Source: Bugula neritina (Eukaryota > Animalia > Bryozoa). From it: 64,000 bases of DNA. The DNA lies in NCBI GenBank assembly GCA_964035545.1, contig OZ037772.1:12522818-12586817 (forward strand). The letters run 5' to 3'. A program made the position numbers and the translations under genes. A model generated the notes under the pieces. It saw nothing but the letters and a program-made list of their open reading frames with translations, was not told the origin of the DNA and made no database searches. Below, in pieces: positions 53,701 to 64,000 of the stretch; position 1 is the first letter of the stretch, and every line of letters begins with the position of its first letter.

Positions 53701-56700
53701 CATGTTTCTGCCATTTTAAATTATAAAATAGTTTTGCGTCCCACCTCTTAATTCTCATACATAAGTATAAGTTCGTATTCTTTATTAAAATACTTTTAAA
53801 CTCCAAGTAGCCAATTCTATTAGTTTTCTTAGAATTGTCTTTCCCCTTGAGCTGTATATTTACCTGCACACCCTGCGTTGTCCTCATTGCAGGTATAATA
53901 GTGGGAAGCTGTGTTGGGGCTATACTGGTTGTTATATTCATTATCATTATCTGCTGTATCTACCAACGCAAGAAACCCACAAACTCCTCCACACATGAGT
54001 TCAGTGCTGTAGAGGACTCCACCATTTCCTTCCCTTCAGCACATAAGAATCACCACGGCAACTCTAGTGTGAGTATCTGTTAGTTATAGAGCTAGGGTTA
54101 GAGGTTGAGTGAAATGACATTCTTATATTCTATATGTCATCTTCTACAATCAAGGGGAGATGATGGTTGTTGAGAGATGTATAAACTATGGGGGGGGGGG
54201 GGGGGGGAGATGGTCTTTAATGTTTCAGGTATTACTAGTAGTTTTTGCTAATCATGAATGCTACGGTTATTAACTAAATCTTATTGTAATTTGCATATCA
54301 AAATATCATGAAGCATTATAAATAGCATTTTCCACCAGCTTATATCTCTTCTCAACTCAAACAGTTAATCACATATTCGTTGTTAGTTTATTATAAATGT
54401 ATGATTAATATATTTTATTGCTCTATTAGATGCCTTACCATATTCATATTTAATAATAATCCCCTCTAATGGCCGTAAATATCTCATCCGGAATTTCTAA
54501 TCCCCTTCAATCATAATCGATGAAATTCCGTTAATGAATGATTTACGAGAAAACTGTGTTACGTTTATTAGGAATATGATTTACCATGGACTCGGCCCCT
54601 ACCCCACCTCCCGCAGTCAGGTGGCACTACACTGCAGTCCAGTGGCTATGTCTCGGACGGTACTCCTTATGCGAGTATACCAGTGGACCAGTTCAACAAG
54701 GGCTTCCACACTCAGCACCACCATCAGACTCTTAACCCACAGAGATGTAGCCCCTGTCTCCATCATTACATGACGTCGGGAGGCCTCCTCACCCTCCCCG
54801 GTATACACCACGAGAGACACAACTGTGGTAACGCGTCTAACAGGCCAACCAATACTCTTCCAGCTCCTTCCTCCCACAATCTTATTCCACTTCCTAAAAT
54901 GGTATGTGAAAAGTTTATTAGCCTCCAATCCTTTGTGTGACAATATTTATTTTTATTTTATTATGAATTTATATAAAATTATACTGTGTACACAGTTTAT
55001 TATATTTCTGTATTTCTATTTTTATTATTTTTGTTTTATTATAGATTTATATATTATTTTATATTATATTGTATGCAAAATTTATTCTATTTCTGCTTTA
55101 GACCAATTTCTTGTGTTTTCAAAGTTTTGTAAGAAACTTTTTAGAAATCAATTTAGCCTGAGATCTCACAATGACCATTTCTTGTATTACAGAGTCATCC
55201 AGGCTACGACCCCAACTCGTATGACTTGGTTCAACAAGATAGCTGTGGTTCCCCGTATGACGCATCCAATTACAAGAGCTCTCCCTCGGTGCTCCCCCAC
55301 ATCCAGGGAAGTACAGGGAACAGTGTCTACGGTGCTCAGCTAGTATTACCAAACAAACAGCTGGAGGAAGAGCTTCCTACCATTCCTTCTGACTCCCTCC
55401 GATTCCTAGAGAAACTAGGGGCAGGTGAGCGGTCTATCAGGTTGTAAATAATACAGTTGAGTGGCTATGTTTTCTGTTGTATACTGTATGTTACAGAACG
55501 TTTTGATAATGTTTTTTTTTTATTGAAATAAGGAAATATAAAATGAAGTCTCACAGTTTGCCTACAAACGTCTGCTTGTGCAATGTTGCAGGTCAGTACG
55601 GGGAGGTGCACCTGTGTGAGATGAGCACCCAACCTCATATGGAGAATCTCAATGGTGCTACTGAGGCTAGAAGACTTGTAGCCGTGAAAAAATTGCAGCC
55701 AACAGCCAACGAGTCAACTAAAAACGATTTTATTAGAGAAATTCGAATTATGAGCAAATTACGTCATGAAAATATTGTACAGGTAGGCAACTGATACATT
55801 ATGACCAGCGTTTCAGCACTCACAAAACTTCTGCGTCAGCTCTGAATAAAAGATGCTGCCGGCAGTAATTGTATAACCAATCACCAGCTGCCATATAGTC
55901 TATAGTTCACCTACGTGAGTGATTTCTGTAAACAAACTCTTGAATTGTTGCAGGTGTTGGGAGTTTGCACGGCGTCGTCTGCTGCGGAGTCTCCCAGCGT
56001 CGTCACAGAATATATGTCAAGAGGCGACCTGCATCAGTTCTTACAGCGCCACGTCCCAGAAGGCACTGCACTTCTCAATAAACAGACTCTGTGTCATTCT
56101 ACACTTCTACATATAGCCAATCAAATAGCACAGGGCATGAGGTAAGTTGAATTTAACCAATCAGATAGCACAACACATGGGGCTAGTTTGAGTTTATCCA
56201 ATCAGATGTCTGGTAATATTTGTCTAAACTCCCGTCTGTCTGTTTGTAGTTATTTAGAGCAGCTGAACGTGACACACAGAGATCTGGCAGCGAGGAATTG
56301 TCTGGTGGGAGAAAACTACCAAGTTAAGATCTCTGACTTTGGCATGTCCCGTAGTCTATACAGTCAGCAGTATTACAAGGTCGAGGGGCGTGTGGTGCTG
56401 CCCATAAGATGGATGTCGTGGGAGAGCGTGCTCCTAGGGAAATTCACTACCAAATCTGATGTCTGGTCTTTTGGCGTAACGCTGTGGGAAATTTTCTCTT
56501 TCGCCAGAGAGCAGCCATTTTCAATGCTGACAGACGATGATGTCATAGCCAATTGCATGAACTACTATAACAATAACATATCTGAGGTGATCTCACTCAA
56601 CCACCCGTCTCAGTGCAGTAAAGAGGTGAGTCTGAACCTAAGGCTATTATCTGTCCACCTCTCTGTGGGGTGGAAGAGTGTCTGCTATAAATTATCTTGT

Positions 56701-56979
56701 AACACAGTCTGAAATTCTGATTACTAGTATTGTGTCCAATTCATGACCTAAAAAACTTCAACTAACAACATTAAGCCTGTGTGTATATTTGTTGGGCAAC
56801 TTTTACTAATAGAGTTATTCTGTTTTTAGATATATGATCTGATGCAGGCATGTTGGCAGCCTGCCGACTTCAACCGACCAACATTTAAAGAAATTAGTCT
56901 ATTCTTGCAAAGAAAAGCTACTGGTACAAATCATAAGCAGGATAAGAAAACTTCCTTCACTAGACTAACCACCTGCTGA
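38737..56979 (+). CDS. DDR: Discoidin domain receptor tyrosine kinase (DDR1/DDR2 family)
   Basis: Signal-peptide exon 38737-38797 ([20 protein letters not shown], phase 1). DS domain 47777-47961, 48268-48423, 50939-51113 ([31 protein letters not shown]). DS-like domain 51396-51479, 51652-51826, 52644-52792, 52987-53171. Stalk 53399-53497; TM exon 53892-54068; juxtamembrane 54572-54901, 55193-55423 ([10 protein letters not shown]). Kinase 55572-55781, 55954-56141, 56250-56625, 56830-56979 with [52 protein letters not shown]. Some internal boundaries may be off by 1-2 nt. Confidence 0.96.
50048..50135. repeat. 29-bp tandem repeat (actgtaactcctctacaatacacaatgat) x3
   Basis: Directly visible. 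Confidence 0.9.
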
Positions 56980-57359
56980 CTAGTGTCAACGGCTATATAG
57001 TATACTGTATTAAAGCACCTGCCATGACATGTCAGACTGGGCTATACATCTGGTGTCAGGATGATGTGACAGGCTAGTATAGGCACATGACTTTATGATG
57101 GCAGTTCATGTGATACAAGCACCATGCAACACCTGCCATTACTGTTTGACATTTTTATACCAGTGCTCAACTTTTTTTTAGCATAATGGCTGTTTGAAAG
57201 GCCAATTCTAATTATAATAACTTATCTATTAAAGTCTATAAATCTGTAAATTCAAAGTTGAAGTTTAATCTAAAGAAAAATGTTTTCTTTTGTGTAACTA
57301 CTATAGTATTTTTACTGCAATTATATACTTATTTATAATTTTTATAATCTACTTTTTTT

Positions 57360-57365
57360 AATAAA
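57360..57365 (+). terminator. Probable DDR polyadenylation signal (AATAAA)
   Basis: ~380 bp after the stop codon, followed by GT-rich sequence. Confidence 0.55.
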
Positions 57366-57803
57366 TGTTGCAGTAACTGGGTTTGTGATTCCATAATACA
57401 GGATGGCTGTATTCTAACACAAGGATGCTAATATTGCATGAATGTTATATAAGAATTTCATCTATTATAATCTTTATATTTTGTTTTGATTTGCTTTCCC
57501 CTTTATTAATTTTTGTTGTTGTTGAAGCAATTAGTTTTGCTAGTTACGACTTCAATGTATATTTCTATATAAATTAACTTTTTCTATTCTAATAATTTCA
57601 CTCTAAATTCAATTGCTAGCTGCCAAAATAATTTTTAATAAAAACCAGTAAACAAACTACAGCAGCCAGTGTTATGTTTCTTGTTTAGTTTTGGTAGCTA
57701 ACATTTTGAGTTGATATTTTTATGTTGAAAGTAGTCTCTGTCACATGTTTACTTTTTCAGTTTGCAGCCAGATGCTATGATAACTTTTTCAGCAAATAGT
57801 ATA

Positions 57804-57866
57804 AACTAAAACTCTTATACTAAGTTTAGTTTAGTTAGAACTAAACTTGGAATAGGAGTTTTAGTT
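57804..57866. repeat. 63-bp hairpin (28-bp arms, 7-nt loop)
   Basis: aactaaaactcttatactaagtttagtt / aactaaacttggaataggagttttagtt, 25 of 28 Watson-Crick pairs. Confidence 0.85.
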
Positions 57867-59339
57867 ACCATGCGTTGAGGCTTTATAGCAACTCAATTAG
57901 CTGTTGCAGAAGTCAGCATTGGTATACTTTGAGTAGTAGCAATGCTAGTAGTAATTTCCTTTTGTTTATAGTCCTTAGAATTGCTATAATTAACCATCTC
58001 AATGATTAAAGAAACTGATAGCATTTTATACAAGAGGCGATAACTCTTAAATTCACGAATTTACTTTTTTCGAAATAGCCTGATGAATGCCGGCCAAGTA
58101 GTCATAATACCATATTTTCTTTCAATATCCACAATCATCAGTTGAAGACGCAATAGCTACTATGCAGTCAAGGTCATTTATTAAAACGCAACCAGCACCT
58201 ATTGTGTAGCGAAACTATAGTGGACGAGCCCGCTTAATTTTAATTGCATTTACTCTGACAACACTTGAAATAAATATTAGCAGCAATTGAAGGTAAACGA
58301 AAGATCTCTTTAGATTATATATTTTTTGTATTATTGCCAACATAAAAATAGGGAAATAGACCGACGTCTAAACTAAAATTCAAATTGGTAATCACATCAC
58401 TCATCAGTCATCGGTCATCACTCATCAGACTCTGACTGTGAGTGTAACACTCAGTCTCACACTGACAGTATGACTTTAATTTAAACTAAAACTGTTTAAT
58501 ACTATGAGTATGAGTATCACTAATAGTAATAGTATTACATTTACTATGACTTATGAGTATAAGTATCATATCAGTATGACATTGACTGTCCGTATGCGTA
58601 TGAGTGAATGACTAGGAGTAGGAGTGACACTGATACTTATTCTCACTGTGAATGCTTACTAATAGTGATACTGATAGTGATTATGGCTCAATATGAATAT
58701 TAATAATTGTTATTAAAACTCACTGATTATGTGGTTTAATGTCATTAACAATAGAGAACATCAATATGAATATGACATTGAATATGAATTTGAAAATAAA
58801 AATAAAGGCCAATAGCAATTCCAAATGTTATGTTCAAATCCAATATCAAATTGTTTGGTAACATTATTGATTAGCAACAAATGGAATCGGTAAATCATAG
58901 TCATAATGATAATAATTGTCATAGTCTAACTCTAATATTGATGTTGACATTGATATTATGTAATACTAATCAACTTTAATAATATGGAATATTGTTTTAA
59001 ACTGGGAGCTGAATGTAGCGCTTAGCTTTCATTTATAATTTTATCGCAAAAGTCTAATCGTAACTTTTCGTGAATAATAAAAATAATTTAAAATCTAGGA
59101 TTGCAGTCTTGTAATTGTGACAGCTGCAGCAAACAAGAAGTTTTTTAATTAATAATATTTTAATTAATGTATTTTCTTCAGTTTCGCATCTTTGCAGAAC
59201 CAAATTGCTTGAAAGTAATGAGTACCAATAATTTCTCTGTTGACACGTAGTTTTTATTTGATTTAAAGTACTTGCACATTCAATTCTTCACTAAAAGTCT
59301 TCAACTCATTAATTCTAGTTGTGAACCTGAACTTCTAAG

Positions 59340-62085
59340 ATGTCGTTTATGGACGGAGATTCGACAATAACTGCAATAGAGATATCTTCTGACACGAATG
59401 CCACCATCACCCAGACTTACAGCGTGGAACCCTCCACCATATACTCCGTGGAGGCCATGTCAACTGTGGACAACGCTGATGCCAGCACAGCTGTCTCGCT
59501 GCCTTTGACCTCTACTGGAGAACTTCCCACTTTGGTTACTATTTCACCTCCGAAGCCGGCATCTCAGGATAAATCTCTCGAAGCAGATGAGGCATGTCTG
59601 CTTGAAATCTTATTCTTAACAAAACTATTCAAACCTTTCCTCATTGTAGGGTTGCATATTTTGGTGCTAAGACAGAATGAAGTTTAGATATAATTTCTTT
59701 TGCTGCTGATTGAAAAAAAAACTTAGTTTCTAAATATAGATTTTGTTTCACTAATTCCTTTATTGTCAGTTGAGGAATTAACCATCCAGTTTAAACTTTG
59801 TATAAATATTGTAGATGGAGAAGCTAAAAATAGCCTTAGAGGCTAACTCCATACCTCAACTAGCTCAGGTTATTAGATCTATAAAACCACTGGCTATTGA
59901 AATAAGGAAACAGAGCTCTCAGGTATGTATGTAGATCTGTGTCTGTATAATCACTTAATAATATTATATTATTGTATTATATTATTGTATTCTTATATAT
60001 TAACTTGGTATCTGTGTTATAAACATTTTTTTTAATATTGATTGATACTTCAAATTATGCAATTCTAGGAATATATTAAGTAACTAATAAAATATGTAGA
60101 TTAAGTTCAAACAATTAATGTGTTTGGAAGTTTCAAATGTTTTACTAGTTGTGATGTGAGTATTCTGATGATAGCAAGTACTCAAGGAGCACATGCTGCT
60201 ACCTGTCGAGTGTCATGTGACCTGTCACTCTGTGATTATATGTTGCAGGCGTTGTCCTCAACCAAACCTAAGCAATACAAGCGTAAACCAGCTTTACCGC
60301 CATCAAGTGGTGCAGGTAGGAAATGGCTCTTTCAGAAATGCTATTTTAACATTTTGTTGTTGAAAGATTAGGTTGGTATTATACAACAGAATGACCATCG
60401 TAATGGTAAAATTTTGAAAAAATATTTCTAGATAAATGTTTGTGGATGTTTATTTCATGTCTGAAAGTTTTGGTTCTCGACTCTTAGGACTAAATTGTTG
60501 AATTGGTTTCCTAATAACAATTTAGTTAATGTAAAGCTATTAGCCTGGATGAATGATTGTAAATATTGTTACATCCTAATATCGCCATGAGACTAATCTA
60601 AATATAAATCATTATATTTCTACTAGCAGACGGCGGTGAAGCAACAAATACAGAAAATGTTCCTTTTGTGGTGAAGAAAAGAGCTCCGAGAACTCAAACT
60701 GGAGAAAGAAGACGACCCTGGAAACCCGAAAGTAATATTCTAATAACTACTTGGTTAGACGTTATGATAGCTTGATGCAGCTTGCAGAGTTGTTCTATGA
60801 GCAGCTCAGAGGTGGAGGTGACAGAATGCAGCATTTTAGTGTGTTAAAGTGTGGAGATCCAATTCTTAACTTGAGAGTAACAAACCGCTGCACTCAGTCA
60901 CCCCTAACTCGGAGCTGCCAACTCCAGCATGCATAGTCACAATGTTATATACTTGTTGTAGGGCTGGACAACACGAAGCCCATACTTCAGTGTGACGCGT
61001 GTGGATATCAGGCTAACAGAAGAGACTACATGAGGAGGCACCAGATACGAGTTCACTCGACATGGCGACCCTACCAGTGCACTCTCTGTGACTTCAAGAC
61101 TACCGAGAAACATGACCTTGACCGTCACATGAACTCTAAGTATCACGGAGGGAAAGGGTTGTCACAGAAGGTATGGAGGGTCAATGTAATAGCAGATAAC
61201 TAATAACTACTACTACTACTATTACTACTACTACTACTACTACTGCTACTAGTGCTACTAATACTACTACTACTACTACTACTGCTACCACTGCTACTAC
61301 TACTACTACTGCTACTACTAATAGTACTAGCTACATACTATTATTGCAGAAGACGAAACTGACTGCCACGGTTAGGATAAAGTGTGATCAGTGTAACTAC
61401 TCCACCAAGAGTGTCAACTCTATACTCAAACACAAACAGATCCACGCCTTAGAACGGCAGCAGGAGTTGCTGTATGAAGAGGAGGCCAACAGGGAGGCAG
61501 CCGCTGCCAACGCTGCTGTCGAAGAGGAAGTCCCGACATCACTGCCTCAAACTCAAGGTGAGTTGATGTTGCTGTCTATACTTGAATCTTTTCACTGTTG
61601 GTGACTTATCTGTTCTTTCTGTGTATGTATGTGTACTTCAAAATGCTATATATTATATTTTGTAAATATTACAGTCATGCGTTGAGGTTTCAACACCCTC
61701 AACTTTTTTACCAGTTTCTCTCTTAGCTTGCTATTTCTGAAATTCTACAAGCTAAAACTATTTAAATATGTTTATTAAATGAAACTTTATTGTCTTAACA
61801 TATTTAGTTAGATTAGAAAAAAACCATATGCAACAACATGGCATTACTTTAAATCATGGAAAGTATTAGAAGATTTAAACTCTTGGTGCGCCATTTATCA
61901 AAGCTGCAAGGAGTATAGGGGGCGTCAAAGCTTACACATGACCATATATTAAATAATATGCATGTAAGTTGGAACTGTTATATTTGTTGTCTGCTCTTTG
62001 TTATTCAGAAACAACTGTCATAGACACGAATGATGCTGTCGCTATTATGATGGAGAATTTGGTGTCCGAAGCTCAGAACGGGTGA
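59340..62085 (+). CDS. C2H2 zinc-finger protein (3 fingers)
   Basis: Exons ~59340-59591, 59816-59922, 60250-60315, 60630-60731, 60962-61170, 61350-61557, 62009-62085 with matching phases. Fingers CDACGYQANRRDYMRRHQIRVH, CTLCDFKTTEKHDLDRHMNSKYH, CDQCNYSTKSVNSILKHKQIH. Possible non-coding first exon ending at the donor near 58292. Confidence 0.88.
61205..61330. repeat. (CTA)n microsatellite filling a zinc-finger gene intron
   Basis: Directly visible. Confidence 0.95.
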
Positions 62086-62694
62086 GAAGGTAACTCCGTG
62101 CATACAGGTTAGAGAGGCTGACTATTAGATTCCAAGCGATTCTGTGCTGTCGAGGGGACAATTCCAAACACTCTGACACTATTATGTGCGGCATGTCTAT
62201 CAGACTGATGATCAGGTGTCATACTCAAGTAGGCTATGGGTATAACTTGTAAATATGTATTTAATGTAATTTTTCCCTTTTCAATACTTGACATCCATAT
62301 AACATTTTTCATATAATATATATACATGTATTGAATCAAAATAAATTTTTACAAGCTTGAACCTGATTTTAACATCATTATGCCTTAAATTGCCAATTTA
62401 GATACCAATAAAGTGATTCAACTATTAAAAATGTAATCAAAGAATAATTGGGTCATTTGAAAAGTTGGTAGCCAATTATCATCCTTGTTATAAAAAGTGT
62501 TTAATATAAAACTACAAAATACAAAGCTTGTAGATAGAAAATTATGATGGAAGATATAACTAGTTGACTAGTTGGAAGCTGGTCTTGGATTGGCAGAGTA
62601 CTTGTAAACCAGCTGCTGATTTGTTAATAGCTAACTGCACGCCCATAACTGAGTATCAATTGGATTAAAAGCCAAGCTCTTGCAGTAATTAGAC

Positions 62695-63592
62695 TCATGA
62701 GTAAAATGATTGGCCGACTGGTTGTAAGCCAGGCATTGATTGGCTAGGAATTGGCTGGTTGCGAGTTAGATTAGAGTGACTGCCAGGTTGAGAAGTTGAA
62801 CTATTGCCCATGAAGGGAGGATCGAGCAAGTGGACAGGAGAATTTGATTGGCTAACTACTTTGTTCAAGACATATGATTGGCTGTGCTGGTCATTCTGGT
62901 GCTGCGTATAACTTGTGACTTCTGGTGATGAGTTGATTGGTTGCCTGGAGACCAGATGCTGTCTGGGTAGGTTTGTCTTATATTGATTGCTATTGGCTGG
63001 AATTTCTTGTGATGTTTTGGAATATGACGAATCATTTGCAGACCGTACTTCTATTGTCAAACTTTCACTGGGAATAAGAGAACAATCGGTATTGGTGGAA
63101 GCATCAGCTGTCTTCTTAACTGTGATTGGGTGATTATCTGCAAATCAAAACTGTATAATGAAAGCAAACAATTAGATGATGAAACGAAGTGAAAGAGTGT
63201 TGCGAATTTATGGAGAAAGATATGTATGGCTTGAACTTTAATCAATGAAATAAGTTTTACTGTCATTCAGGTGTTATTAGCTTCTCCCCTAAACTCAGCC
63301 AACATATTGTATGTAGCACATCACCTTATCTGTTGAGGAAATTTTATCAAGTTTAGAGAACACAATACAAGTAAGCTGTCGATATAAATCAACTAGTAGG
63401 AGACAAACTAAGCGATTTGAGATATAACTGGTAAATGAAAAGTTGGACTCACTGTGAGTTGTCTGGTGCTCCACACACTCCACTTGAGAGAAGAAGGAGC
63501 TGGGGCAGACAAATCCACACTTGAAGGGTCCTTCGGAGTTGTGCTGAGTTTTCATGTGTCGTGTGAAGTTGGCCTTAGATGCCCAAGTACGT
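62695..63592 (-). CDS. 3' part of a second C2H2 zinc-finger protein (5' end at or beyond window edge)
   Basis: Exon ~63592-63454 (RTWASKANFTRHMKTQH...FKCGFVCPSSFFSQVECVEHQTTH) splices in phase 1 to terminal exon 63137-62695 (Ser/Gln/Pro-rich tail). Confidence 0.78.
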
Positions 63593-64000
63593 CTGAAAAT
63601 GAGAAATTAGAATCAGCTGTAGGGCTAGGTTGACCAACTGAGGTGTATTATGAAAGACTTGTTTTGTCGTGTGTATAATAATTCATTTAGCGATGGGATT
63701 GTCTTCCCTATATTTCTCACTATTGCTTATAACTGCCTCAAAACTTAAGCAGAAACACACAGAGAGATGATGCGTCTACTCCGTCTAGACAAATGTGTTA
63801 TTTAACAGATTTTGTCACATTCAGTGCTAGAAACTCTGTTCTACCAATCAAATTAACTACTCTCACTGATAGATTTGATAATGCTGGAGAATACAACTTC
63901 TAAATAAGGTGTAATATTATATATAATATTATAACGAAATTCTCTAAACAATACTTCTAGGCCGGGCAGTGCAAACAGCTGAACCTATGGCCCAAGTCCA

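Overview
AT-rich, intron-rich eukaryotic DNA from an invertebrate animal; a chitin-making protostome is likely, but that is inference. I reconstructed five protein-coding genes by hand from splice sites and reading-frame phase. (1) A divergent chitin-synthase-like gene (minus, ~5.2-10.2 kb) whose recognisable exons stop just before the catalytic core. (2) CASC3/Barentsz (minus, 11819-20627), with introns full of splice-site-adjacent minisatellites. (3) A discoidin domain receptor tyrosine kinase (plus, CDS 38737-56979, probable non-coding first exon near 30.5 kb). (4, 5) Two convergent C2H2 zinc-finger genes at the right end. A 2.5-kb imperfect palindrome with nested hairpins occupies 266-2760. 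Most notable: a 19-bp array that amplifies a CASC3 3' splice site, with most copies reading E-Y-T-V-stop; an apparently truncated chitin synthase; a reciprocal Arg/Glu swap in the predicted DDR collagen-binding pocket; and the large foldback palindrome. No rRNA, tRNA or CRISPR features were seen. All exon boundaries are manual and need RNA-seq confirmation.
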